Shown here piece by piece: positions 40,931 to 54,311 of a stretch of DNA of 64,000 bases (the stretch's first letter is position 1; every line of letters starts with the position of its first letter). The notes beneath the pieces are model-generated. The model had not been told where the DNA came from, did not search any database, and saw only the letters and a program-made list of their open reading frames with translations. The stretch comes from Adineta vaga (Eukaryota; Animalia; Rotifera), in NCBI GenBank assembly GCA_021613535.1, contig CP075492.1:11594001-11658000 (forward strand), written 5' to 3'. The translations under genes were made by a program, and so were the position numbers.

Positions 40931-42573
40931 TATGAGCAAAATGACTTTTCGAAAATAAAAAAAAACGAACACATTCCTGTGCTTATATGTATATGTGAAT
41001 AAATGAAAGGAAAATAAACAAGATTCTTAGAATGAATTTAAATAATTCATCGAATTTGAAAGAAAGTAGAAGACTATATCATTGAATAGAACTATATTTG
41101 ACGTTGCAAATAGAAAATGATTGATACAAGGCTGATCAAAGTACTCTTCGATCATGTTTTCGACATGATACGTCATACTTCATTGATAGTATTTCCTATG
41201 CGAATATGTCAGAATAAATATTTGTAAAACATATTCAATAAAATCTCTTTGAATATGTAATAATCAAGTGCCAATATATTTCTAACAAATATTTTTCCGT
41301 TCCGAAAAAAGTAATTTACTCGAAAACAACTATTTTAACTCTCCATATTGTTATTAATTATAACAAGTTTTGTAATAATATACTATACGTTAAAATAAAC
41401 ATCAACAGCCGTTGTCTAACTCTCAGAGATCTACATAACAGATTGTTTTATCTGTGCTTTTTTGTCTACTTGCTAGCTGATGTTGTCACAAAACAAATAG
41501 CTTTGTACAAAATAAGATCCATCAATAGAAGTTTCTACAGTCTTGTCTGAGGATTTCCTTTGAGACTTTCTGTAATGATCAAAGAAAACCCGATGAATGT
41601 GCCATGACAACCTTGTTTTTATTCTGTATAAATAATAATATTGTCAAACATATCTAAGAATATCAATAAGACATTGTTGTTACTCATTCAACATAATCAA
41701 TTATCGAAGCTCGAAACTCAATGTCAATAATACCAAATGATTCATTGACATGTTTTGTCTTTATAATTTTTAATAACTTGATGTAAACGTGCTAACACAT
41801 GAGATTATCTCGAATAGTCATATGATTACATAGTATTAAATGAATTTGATGATCGACATTGTAGACATTTTACATAAAAGGAAGTGAAAGTTAAAATAAA
41901 GGTTTCTGTACCATTTTTTTTAACAATACTACTCGTAGATTGATCGCTCTTGATGAATTGCATCGTTTTTTCTGTCTTCATATGAATAGGTGCTGGATAA
42001 ACTCTGTATATATTTCTTTCGTACTGATTTCAATAAAAAAAGAAAGTCGGATACATTCAGGCATCTGCTACTATCTATATAGGCAGTCTACAACAATTCT
42101 TCATACTATTGACAATCTTAATCATACTTGTAACAATCATCTCAATATCGATAAGGTTTACATTATCACGTGATGAAAACTAAACGAAGAAGAGAAAATC
42201 GTATGTCAATGTTTGACTTTCTCCTTCTTCGTCTTACTATTTTCTCGGATAATCCAATGACGTGAAACCTATTAATATTCGATTCACTTTTACTCTCGGT
42301 AGTATCGAATCATCTTTGGATACTTTTGTATATATGATTTTTTAATCTTGTTCCTAATAAATGCGCTTATTACGTAGGATTATATGCCGAGATGACATAT
42401 GAGTACATGATCTTAAATGAATTTGAAGCCATTTTAGCATTGTTTTCATTTTAAAAGATCACCTTTTATTTCATAAAAGTAAAATACAAATAAACTATCA
42501 CATATAAATCATTTATTGAATTACGTTCTACTAAAAAAATAAATATAAATTCGACTAGAAAATTAAATTAATC

Positions 42574-45500
42574 TCATGACTCAAGAAAATCTTCAAACAC
42601 ACTAATTTCGATATCATTTGTTTTATCAGATAGAACTAATTGATTAGTTTTTAAATAGGAAATATCATAAAGATGTATGTTAGATAAATAATGAAAAAAT
42701 GAACTCAATTCATTGATATTCGTTATTGTTCGTAGACGAAGATATGGACAAGTTAATGTAGGAATGATTGATAATGATTGAAATTTTTCGTCAAATAATT
42801 TCGATATACGAATGGAAAAACTTGTAAATGTATCAGGTAATGAAAGTTGATTGTGTATATTTTGATCAACAACAAATGCTGATCGAAATCTAGAAAAGAA
42901 TTCCAATTAATTATCGAATAATATTGTCAATTTACTTACAATTGAAAATGGTATAATTCTGAAGAAGGAATTGCTATGAGTACATCAAGTAGTTTCGATC
43001 CATATAAATAAAGTGTCAATGAAGGATTTGAAATTAAGTCTGTTCGTTGTATAGGTAATCTAAAGAATAGAATCATGTGATATAGAATTATGTTTCAAAT
43101 CATCATCATCTTGCTTACTTCGTATCTTCTTCAATAGTTACTGTAAGATCTTCTTCAATTTTTAGTAGAATATGAATCAATTCTGCCATAATGATTGGCC
43201 AAAATGAAACTAAATTTTTACTCGATATTCTAATCAATAAAACACGTAATAGGAGAAATAATTGTATATGTAGTACTGGTATTTGTGGTAATTTAAGTAA
43301 ATCAGTAATACAAGTAAGTATTTCAGGTAAATATTGATTATATTGATCTTTTTCTGATGCATAGATAACAAAAGCAAAACGTTTAATAAGCATCGCACGT
43401 TGTTCATATTCTTGTTCTTTCGAAACAAATAAACCTGTTTGAATTGTACTAATTCGATTGAAAACATCACGAAACGTTGATTTACCATTCGTTACTAAAT
43501 TATCAATAATTACTTTCCATGTACGTAATATAGAAATATCAACTTGAAAGAATCCACTATCAAATAATTGCTCAAAAACATCTTTTTTCCATGTTTTTCT
43601 TGTATAGGAATAGTGTGAGATATTCATGAGTAGAATCGATGCTGTTCGATAGGATGCAACATGTGTACGAACATAAGGCATTAGATTTGGTATAAGATTT
43701 TGTAAATAAGGAAGAACAACACGATCTCTATCATCAGTTAGATTATAGACAACATCAAGTAATTTTGCTGCATGTTCAGCTAGAATTGTCAATGTGTTTA
43801 AACTGGAATTTTTCGATTGAGAAGTATCTAGAAGAAAGAATGAAGAATTGGCGGAGATTATTCATCAAAGAAGACAGACCATCGACATCTAAAATTGGAC
43901 TTTCATTATCAGTTTCAGAAGATGAATCGTTGACAGTTTCGGAATCAGCTTGATCACGACGTACTTGTAAATTTTTACGTAACCAAGTTGTTTGTTTAAG
44001 TGATGAAGCGACTATTGTATTACATTGTTCCAGAACTTTCATTGTTATTTCCTATTTTTAAAGAAAAACACATCATTGATATTCTATGACAAGAAAAAAT
44101 ACATACTTGAAAATCTTTTAAATCACGTTTTTCAACAAAAACTGGTGATTGTTTTACAAAGTAACTCAATATTCTATAAATAAATCTGAATTACTAGTTT
44201 GTTGCAAGTATATTTCATACTTTATTATCAAAAATATTATTGATGATGACATTGATTGTGCTAGACATTCTTTAAACATAGCCGCTAACATGGACCAATA
44301 CTCAATGGAAAGATTCTTCTGTTGTTCGAAATAGGTCAAAAGAAATTGTAAACACCATACAATATAATTCTGTTTTTTCTAAAGAAAAATCTTATCAAAC
44401 GAACTATTTTTCTCTTAATAACTTTACTTTATCATTTTTTACCGATTGATTTTGAATAATAAGTTCATTAATATAATAAATAAGATCATTTATTGTTGGA
44501 TTATTGATGTTAATTAGAATATAAATCAACATTTGCTTTTCATCTATATTATCTTTCATTAATTTACTTTCGCCCCAATATTGTGCAACTGCACGCATAA
44601 ATGATACACCATGGGATTTGATTAATAGAGAAATCAATTCGAGAATTGTTTCACGTATCTGTTTGATATTACTATTAATCCAAATGGAATTTGTTTGATC
44701 AATACCAATCGTTTTCCATATGAATAAAAGACTCGAAAGAATTAATGGAAATTTTTTTAACATCGATCGACGTGCATCCGAGACATCAATGGTATTAATT
44801 GATAACTAAAAATAGAATTTAGTTTAAAAATAGAAATTAATCATATCTATTTACTCTTTTCGTCCAATGTTGAGGACATAAAATTGGAGTAAAATGTTGA
44901 AAATTATTCGTCGTAGTACCAAGACAATAATTACAAATGTATGAAAGACGTTCGATCAAGTAAATGATATAATCAAGAGTATCAAATGTTGATAAATCTC
45001 TAGCAGTAAAGAATTGCTTATCAAAAAATGAATTCTTCTATGATTCATTCTTACTTGAATTTCACTTGAATATCTTGTTGATTATGATATTGTGCAATGA
45101 AACATAAATTTCGACAAATTTGAACAATTATTCGAGTACTGATCGTCTTCAATGCTGATCCACAATGAGGTAATATTCTTACGACTAAACTGATTATATA
45201 TCGATGATTTTCAATGAAATGAATTTGTTTTAAATAATTTAAAATAGTAGAAAGAAAAATATCTTGTTGAACAATGAATTGTTGAATTAAATTGAGATCT
45301 GTTAATGAAATAAGATTTTCTAGGAGAATTATTTCTTCTAATAATTGAATTAATTGCTTTAAATATTGTTTCATTGATTGTTCATGTAAAACTTCTTTAT
45401 TGAAATTACAAATCAATGTTAATTGTAAAAAATCTGATGTTGGATTTATAATTCGATTGAATAAACATAAAATAATCTTTTGAAATGCGACTTTTTTCAA

Positions 45501-48500
45501 TAAACTAACGACATAATTCATTAAAATTCCATTTTCCATACATATTGATGATAAATTATGACATAAACGTGTTAAAATACTTAAACAATGTATATGTATT
45601 TGATGATTTTCTTGAATATTTTCAATATTCTCTTGATAACTATATGTCAAAATCAAAAGTATATTGAATAAAATATATAAATATGATTGATGTTCTTCGG
45701 TTGATAGATCAAAATCTTTTCCTTCAATTAAACAAAAATGTTTTCGATAGAATTCATGCATTTGATTGTTATCTATATTCATTGATGCTGATTGAATACT
45801 TGATGTTGTTAATAAACAATGAACAAGTTGTTCAGGAATAAAATCAATTAAATTTTCGATGATATTTAATGAAATTAGAATACGTTTCCAATCATAAGTT
45901 CCATTATAAAGTAAAATATAATCAGTCGGAGAATATGTTGGTAATAGAATTTCTTCATGAATGATATTATAGGTTGGAACGGAATGTGCTTGTGATGAAC
46001 TATTAATGAGATTGTTTTGACTTTGAATAGGAGACATTGTTGGTGTACGTGATTTCATTGCTTTAGATAAGATTGGTGGTGATAATGAACGAATATTGGA
46101 GAAAATTGAAGGAGAAAGACTTGAAAATGATGGAAATCTATTCGTTTGAGGAGATGATCGTACTTGATAGAGTGATTCACCGGGATTAATACAACTAATT
46201 GTACGAATCTATTTTGAAAAAAAAGTTGAATTTTAAAACAAATGGAATTGAGAAAGAAAATGAAATTTTACTCGTTTTTCTTCATCTGTTTCATCATATT
46301 CATTTTCATCGTGATCATCACTATCAAATAATAAACAAAATTGAATTTCATTTATTTCATCAACTGAATTTGATATAGGATCAATTCGTTGAATCTCATG
46401 ACGCATTGTATCGGAATGTAAAAGTTTCATCAAAAGTATATCAAATATTCGACACATATCACCTAAAACGAAAAATTCAAACAAATCTATTCTCCCTCTC
46501 TCTCTCTCTCTATTACCATGAACAAAACAATCATAAATCCATTGTTGTATCATTGATTTCAAACATGAATCATTCGATTCGTTTAATCGACTTAATATAA
46601 AAACTAAACAAGATTGAAATGATTTTCTACATTGTTCATTTGTTCGATGAAATCCCGAACGAGATAAATTCCATAATTTAAAAAATCGTCTATATTTTTC
46701 AACAACATTCCATTCATTGCTCGATTGATCGATATTGATTAATATAAAATCTTCACATAGATTATTAGGTAACATCGAATGTAATAAGGATAAATTATAT
46801 GATGCTTGAAAATGATATTCTCGTGAATATTTCTCACTTAAATATTCCCAAAGATCAGCAATGATATATTGAAAAAAATTAGTTTCATTCAATAGAAATG
46901 TAATTTGTTCTTGGGAATAAAAATGATCTATTGAATGATGATTATCATTATTTAAACTATAATTAAATACTTCAATTAATACAGATGTTGTTTTTGTTTG
47001 AAAGAAAAGTTGTTCAGTTCGACAAAGTGATAGAAGACATAAATCAATGAACCAATCATCAAATTGAGTCTTATCCGAAGAGATTGAAAATGATTGTTTT
47101 GAAAAACAAGATAATTCTGTAAGTAGTTTACAAGAAATATCAAAAGCTGTTTGATATTCATTGGCATTAGTATTTAATTTCAATTTGAATTCATTAGATT
47201 TTTCATATGAATTGAAAAGTTTCGAAAGATAGTCATTTGTTTTAGTTTGAATTATGGTAAAAATACTTTGAAATCGATCAGTAATTGATAGTTGATTTTT
47301 ATCAATTAAATATGTGACGATAAATCGATGAAACATGTTTTTATATAATCGAATAGAATTCTCTATATGAATCATTGATTCCATCTTTGCCTTTGTTATG
47401 GATTGTGTTCGTTTTTCTTCGGCTGAAGGATTATTTAATTTATAAATTTGTTTTTCAATTTTTCGTACCATTTGACGAAGTAATTGTTCGATATCATTTA
47501 AATCTTCTTGTTCAGCACGAATATCTGGACTTTGTAAATTACCGATACTATCAGTACGTACTAATTTATTATATATGTCTGTTGAATATACATTATCAAC
47601 ATAAATTAATTGATCATTTTCATCTTCGAAATCACTCTCGAGTATTTCTTTTGAATTTGTCGTTGAAATGATAGTTTTGAGAATTTTTAATAAAATTTCG
47701 AAACATAATACAATTTGATTTGATGTTAAACATTCGATATTGTTATCTATAGTTATCATTAAATGATCGAACATTTCAGATAAATATTCAAATTGTATAT
47801 CGGAAAATGATTCAATAGAAAATATATCAAGTAACATGTTAATTACACCACAAATTTGTTCAATAGTTGATTTATTGGTAAGACATTTCTCATCGATTTG
47901 TTGATTGAAAATAGTATTAAAACTTTTCGTTAATTGTTCCCAGATAAAATATGATTCTAATGTATCAAGTAAGATTTGAAATGTTTTTAATATTTCAACA
48001 TAATCATTCTCTTGTTGTTTAGTTATTGGTAAAATGACTTTAGATGGAAAATAGGCTTGCTTGTAAACCATAAGACAATAAGGCATAAATATGAATTCTA
48101 TAATATCAGGTCCAACATCATCTTTTTCAACTGAAATAGAAAGAAATGTATGAAGAAATAATGTTATATTTATCTTTCTCAATGAAATTCAACCTGACTC
48201 TATTTATAGCGAAGATTTATCCATCTGATTTGAAATTCTTCAGATGTGAATAGTACATTAGAATCATACCTACCAAGTACAAGAAGTACTCGAATAAGTT
48301 TTGTTAAAGGCCACATCAGTGGTAACGTTCTAGCATTATTTTGATCATGTAACGCATCAGTACTAAGCGATGTTGTATTCAATAAGTATTTTATAGATTC
48401 TATTAGAATATCTCGTGTATGCGTATGAAAATACGACGATGAAGTCACTGGATCATTTGATTGATATTGATCATCGCATAATTCATTCGTACCAAGAAAC

Positions 48501-49517
48501 CATGCATAAATTCTTCGACTCAATCCCATATCACGTTTCAATAAGATATGAAATGTCATTGTAATTATTTTGATCAGATTCATTTTCGATAAGAAATGTT
48601 TATGTAATGGTAAACAAATTAGAAGAAAATCAAGAATAAAACGTTGAACCAATGGGTGTTCACTATCATAAAGACATGTACAAACTGCAGAGACCTAAGT
48701 AAAAAGAAAAACTTTGATTTTTGTTAAGTTTTCCTTTGATTTTACCATTGTATCAGTTGATAAACCTGTCAAATAAATTTGATCTTCTAACGTTTTTCTT
48801 TTGTCAAAATGATTTATGATAAATGCTATTGCTGAATAACGTACTGTTGCTACCAAATGTACAGCTGACCATATGCATGTATAGAAATACATTTCGTCAA
48901 TTCGATTTGCTAAATTATCTAACAATCGAATGACTCGATCATAGAAATCTCCACCTTCTTCTAATGTTGAAAATAATCCAATTAAAAATCCTGTCAATAT
49001 GGAATCTAATGCTTCGTCAAGAGGCAAAAAATATGTTTCATACAATTTCAATAAAACTGGTTTTACATTTAATGCAGCAACTGGTAACAAGGGAAATAAT
49101 CCATATGAATACAAAACAATATCACGTTGTAAATGTACTTTATCAATCATTCGAAAGATTGTTTCATAAACTTCAAGAGTTTTCAAATGAACACCGGATG
49201 GCAAAGCTGGATGAAGACATTGAGCAAGTCGTTTAGTTAGAGTAAGACGTTTTGGTATGAATGAGCATTGTGCACAAGTTTCAATCAATGTCTTTCAAAA
49301 AGGCAAATTTAGTTTAGTTTTGTAATCATAGATTTTAATGATTTGATATTAGCGAGATGCGAGCTCTTACTTGTTTAACTTTGTCTAAAATAGGGATGAG
49401 ATCAGCCCATCCAGTTGAACGTTCAAATTGTTTCAGAACTTTTTCAATAGCTATTACTGAAGTTTTATATCGACTATCATTTTCTAAAGCCACTTCATCA
49501 TCCAACATTAAACTCAT
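42574..49517 (-). CDS. DOP1: Protein dopey-1 (multi-exon)
   Basis: N-terminal WADLI, KRLAQCLHPALPSGVHLKTLEVYE, LKRDMGLSRRIYAWFLG; C-terminal KEQEYEQRAMLIKRFAFVIY, SFWPIIMAEL. Confidence 0.95.
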
Positions 49518-49580
49518 ACTATTCTTTTAATCTAAAATAATTTTACAGAAAAAGAATACACGAAAGAACAAACAAGAGAT

Positions 49581-49859
49581 TCAAATCTCAATTGGAAGAT
49601 CAGTCACAAGAGAATCACAATCTGGACTATAGTATGGTGTTTGTTGATATTGTTCGTAAGTTAATTGTGATATTGATGATGTCAAAGGTAAAATTAATTT
49701 TAATAGATCAACATGACCATCAACAATTCCTTTACAATTTTGATTTGCACACATAATAAGACCTTCATTTAAACTAATAAAATACAGTCGAACTGGATAG
49801 AGTGCATGATTTGATGAATAACAAAATCGACAAAAAAATGTAGCAGGTTGAGTCGGCAT
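49581..49859 (-). CDS. 92-aa CxxC...CxxxxC zinc-ribbon protein resembling the USPL1 N-terminal (DUF4650-like) domain
   Basis: FCRFCYSSNHALYPVRLYFISLNEGLIMCANQNC parallels the remembered USPL1 N-terminal pattern CPAC..LKTYRISFQESIFLCEDLQC. Confidence 0.6.
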   Translation of the reverse strand: MPTQPATFFCRFCYSSNHALYPVRLYFISLNEGLIMCANQNCKGIVDGHVDLLKLILPLTSSISQLTYEQYQQTPYYSPDCDSLVTDLPIEI

Positions 49860-50048
49860 ATATATATAACCAACGAATTTTCGTGAGATAAAACAGAAGA
49901 TGTGAGGAGAAGAAGAAGAAGAAGTTATCTTGATAGGTTTTTATTGGTAGGTTAAATTCTCCAATCGAATAACTTCTTAAAAGAATGAATCAATCAATCA
50001 TCAGTTATTCAAATTCAAAATATCACCATCATTTAACAATAAAACAAT

Positions 50049-51684
50049 ATGGTGATCACTTTAATTCCTCCATTGTGGTTAGTATTGATAATATAAATTT
50101 TAAACTAAGATTGAATCTTTTCGAAAAAAATCAATTTAGGACTGAGCGCGATGATTGTTTTCGTTGTCATACATCATTTACAGCGTTTAATCGAAAACAT
50201 CATTGTCGTGCCTGTGGTGAAACATTTTGTGCTGCATGTTCGTAAAATTTTCTTCTTATTTTTTCATCCTATTATGAATATTTCTTCAACTAGGTTCATC
50301 TAGACAATGTCCTTTATTAGAATATGGAATTGAAGTTGATGTCCGTGTTTGTATCACTTGTCATGATCGTATTAAAACGTAAGATCATATCAATCTCTGT
50401 TCTCAATAGCAAATTTTCGTTTTAGAACCGGTAGTATTCGTCCAAAAACATCTGTTAGTACTAAAGCACAAGAGAGAAGTCAAACTGATTTTGAAGATGA
50501 AGCTGCTCTTCGGCTAGCTTTATCATTATCTCAAAATGAAGCAGAAGAAAAAGAGCGTCAAAAGAAATTATTAACACAACAGTATGCATATCCAATTATT
50601 CAATATCCACCTATACCTACAGGTTCAGCACCTATTGCCGACAATCAAATTCAAAACTATTGGGAAACACAAACAAAACACGATTTGATTACGATTAAAC
50701 CATTGATAAAGGTATTTCATGAAATTTTATGTTTACGAACGAACATTCATTTTTATCATTATAGGATTCTTTGGATCAATATGTACGTGATGATGAAATT
50801 GATACATTTGTGAATACTGTTAATGAACATATCAATAATATTAAATTTCGTATGTTAAGTAATCAACAACGTGGAAGAAATATAGCTAATGATACAGCTG
50901 TTCAATCTGTTTTTTTCATCTTACAAAGTATGTATCCAGAATTACATCGTTTTATTCAATCTCTCGATGATAAACAAGGTTTGTTTTCGACATTATTTTC
51001 AATTTTCTGAATTTATCTGTTCTACTATAGCGTACTACGAAAGTTTACAAGATAAATTAAGTCAATTGAAAGATGCAAGAGAAGCATTAAATGCTCTACG
51101 AGAAGATCATTTAGAAAATAAGAAACGACAAGCTCTAGAACGTGAACGACAACGGCAAATGCAGTTAGCCATTAAATTGGATGATATGCGTCAAAAGAAA
51201 CATGTAAAATGAAGATTTATTTCATAATAGAATGAAAATGAAATTGGAAAATTTATTCGTAGGCTTATTTGGAATATCAAAGGCAAATTCATTTACAACG
51301 TTTAGCAGAACAAGAAGCAGAAATGCAAGCAAGACTAGAACAACAAAGACGTTTTACTCTACAACGTGAACATCAAAATCAAGTAATTTCAAATTATCAA
51401 AAACTATTTCTATTCTTTCTATTCATTAGATGTCATTCATTCCACTGGCACCGACTGTTTATTATCCTCCAAATGCTTCTCAATTCTCCATGGGACGTAA
51501 GTAATTATTCTTCAATCTAAACAAAATCTCAATAATCTACAACAATTTCCTAGATGTACCCACTCATCTTCCAGCAACAGTCTTACCATTGCATTCAAAT
51601 ATTTATTCTCAACCAAATCTCCCATCTCAACCATCCATAACCACATCTATACCAACTGAACAAACATTGATCTCATTCGATTAA
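50049..51684 (+). CDS. HGS: Hepatocyte growth factor-regulated tyrosine kinase substrate (Hrs, ESCRT-0), lacking the VHS domain
   Basis: [30 protein letters not shown]; [21 protein letters not shown]; [20 protein letters not shown]; [26 protein letters not shown]; terminal clathrin box LISFD*. Confidence 0.93.
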
Positions 51685-51859
51685 ACTAAATTACTATCAA
51701 CAGTTGCACACATGCTTCTCTTATATTATATATTTTTTTCTTTTTCTTTGTGCAACTTCGCTCTTATCAATATTCTTTTTGAAAACTTTACACAAACAAT
51801 CCTTTTAACATGTGTATTTTATTTGTAAATTTGAAACTTTCTAGAAAAGAATAATTCAT

Positions 51860-53390
51860 ATGGCATCTAATCGTCCTCCCTTACCAAACTATTCCCATTT
51901 AATAACACCAGCTCGACGTACAAATACATTTCAAGGTGGACAACGACCTTCAAATATAATTAAATTAGCTTCATCAACTATGTCATTAAATGGACCGGAA
52001 ACACCATTGAATAAAACACATTTATTTTCACCTAGTGTCCATCCCCAATCACCTTTAACATCGAATGATCATCTTTTAAAATATGATATTCGAAGATTAC
52101 GAGCTAGTCTCGAACGTAAAGAAGAACAAATTAGTTGGTGGATGGAAAAATCAATTAGTGATAATGAAAAATTCGAAGGTTAGAATCGTTTTTCTCTTCA
52201 TCAATAATCAATCTCATATTCATATTCATATTTATTCTTTTCTAGCTTTAAAATTCAAATTAGAACAAACGAATTGTCAATATGATACGATATTACAATG
52301 TGTTCGATCAACACTTGATGGTTTAACTTGTATGAATCGATCTATTCATGTTATATTTATGCAAGAAGATAAAGAAAATAAATTATTCGATTATGATCAA
52401 GAAGAATTAATTGAAGAGAATCTTGATGAACATATTCCTCTCGTTCTTCTATCACGTTTAAATAATATTTGTATAAAATTAGCTAAAAATATTGAATTAC
52501 TTCTTCGTACACCGCTATCAACAGGTGTATCAACAATCAAACAAGCACATCCTGTTCGACGACATGAATCGAATGCTTCATCGATATCGAAACAATCAAC
52601 AGAAGATATCAATGATACAACAAATAATCTCTACGATGATATTATTGAGAAACTTAATCGTGAAATTATTGGATTAAAAACTCATCTTGCTGAACAAGAA
52701 ATTCGAACGTACGAAATGAATACAAAATGTTTCGTACTTATTATATTTAACTCATATTTTCATTTAGAAAAACACTTGAAGATGAATTAACTCAATGTAA
52801 ATCTGCTCATCTTACAGCAAAGATAACATTCGATACACTGGAAAAGAAACTTCAGGATCAATTACTTGTTAAAGATAAACAACTTTTATCCATTGCGACA
52901 AATGTTTGTTAATGAATTTCTCTTTGTACTTTGTTTCGTTCATTTGTTCGTTTGTTTAGGAACATGATGTTATACGACAATTATTAGATGAGAAAACTCT
53001 TGCATTCGAACGTCTAAATGAAGATTATGTATCATTAGTGACAAAATATCAAAGTGAATATAATCGAAATGTTGATTGTATGATTAAAACAGATGCTTTA
53101 CATGAACATATTCGTGTATTAAGTGAAACATTAGCAGAAAAAGAAATTAACGAAGAAAAATTAACTACACAACAACAGCAAATGAAAAAATTAATGACAT
53201 TACTTGTGCCAACAACAGCTACGCTGTCGATTAATAAAAAATCTAATGATAGAAAGGTAAGTGAAAAGAAGGAGAATTACAAAATATTCTTTTCTTTTGA
53301 TTCATTTAGACATTCGGTCGAAAAGTAAAACGTCATCTTCGTGAATCTTTTTCTTCACTTGTTAATCATAAGCCTACGTCAAATAATTAA
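51860..53390 (+). CDS. Uncharacterised coiled-coil protein (multi-exon)
   Basis: Consecutive ORF segments joined by short GT-AG introns; Glu/Lys/Leu-rich helical segments; no family recognised. Confidence 0.7.
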
Positions 53391-54311
53391 TCAATTCTTT
53401 TTTTTGTCGGATATTTCTTATATTGAAATGGTTGTATTTCTTTTTGTTATTTGTTTGTTTGTTTTTTTTTGTTGATTCAAATCTATCTGTCAGATGAAAT
53501 CTTAATAAAAAGATAATTTTTAACATATCTGCCATCTAATTCCTTGATAGACAGTATTCCATAGTGAGTTTTATAGATGTAATTATTGATATGAATTGAC
53601 TTTATTATTAAGTACAGAGTTTTAACTTCTGGGATTTTTACGCCTGTTCGCAATAATATATCAAAAATAGAATAGAAAATTGAGAATAGAGAAATAGTGT
53701 ATTGTGAATTAACACAATAATTAATTTGATTTCCGTGATATTAGAATACAATTAAACTCTCATGGAACAACCTACACAAAAGCGGAAGTCGAAGTATATC
53801 CTTTAAATTTATAGTATTTGTGAATAAAAATAGATATTCTAAGAAATTCATGGCTTATAATACATAAGTTTAAATGACGCAAGTCCTGTCACTGACTATA
53901 GATATGAAAGACAATTAGAGATTTCCTTTTTAGTTGATTAAAAAAAAGAACTTGACTTTATGTCTGTGTAGATAATAATCTACTCAAATTGATGTTCGTC
54001 GAATCATAAACTAAGGAAGAAAAAAACATTAATAAATTCAATCTTAATTACGATGTTGATGCATAAGAAAGAAACTAGAAGATACAACAAATAAAGGTAG
54101 TTTTTTATTTGGTTAATAATCACAGTAAAACAAGAGGAGAAAGTTTTGATCATACAAGCATTCTCAAACGAACTTCATAAATGCACATAAACATGAAAAT
54201 GAGAGGAAAGAAAACATTCACCGGTGAGATAGAATAGAATTTTACGAGATGTATCCTCGAACCTTTAACATAGTTGAACAATCGACCTAGTTTTGTCAAT
54301 GAATCGTAAAC

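Noticed and set aside
49985-50245. ORF-track start for HGS at 49985
   Set aside because: That frame reads through an intron; the spliced frame restoring the FYVE Trp starts at 50049.
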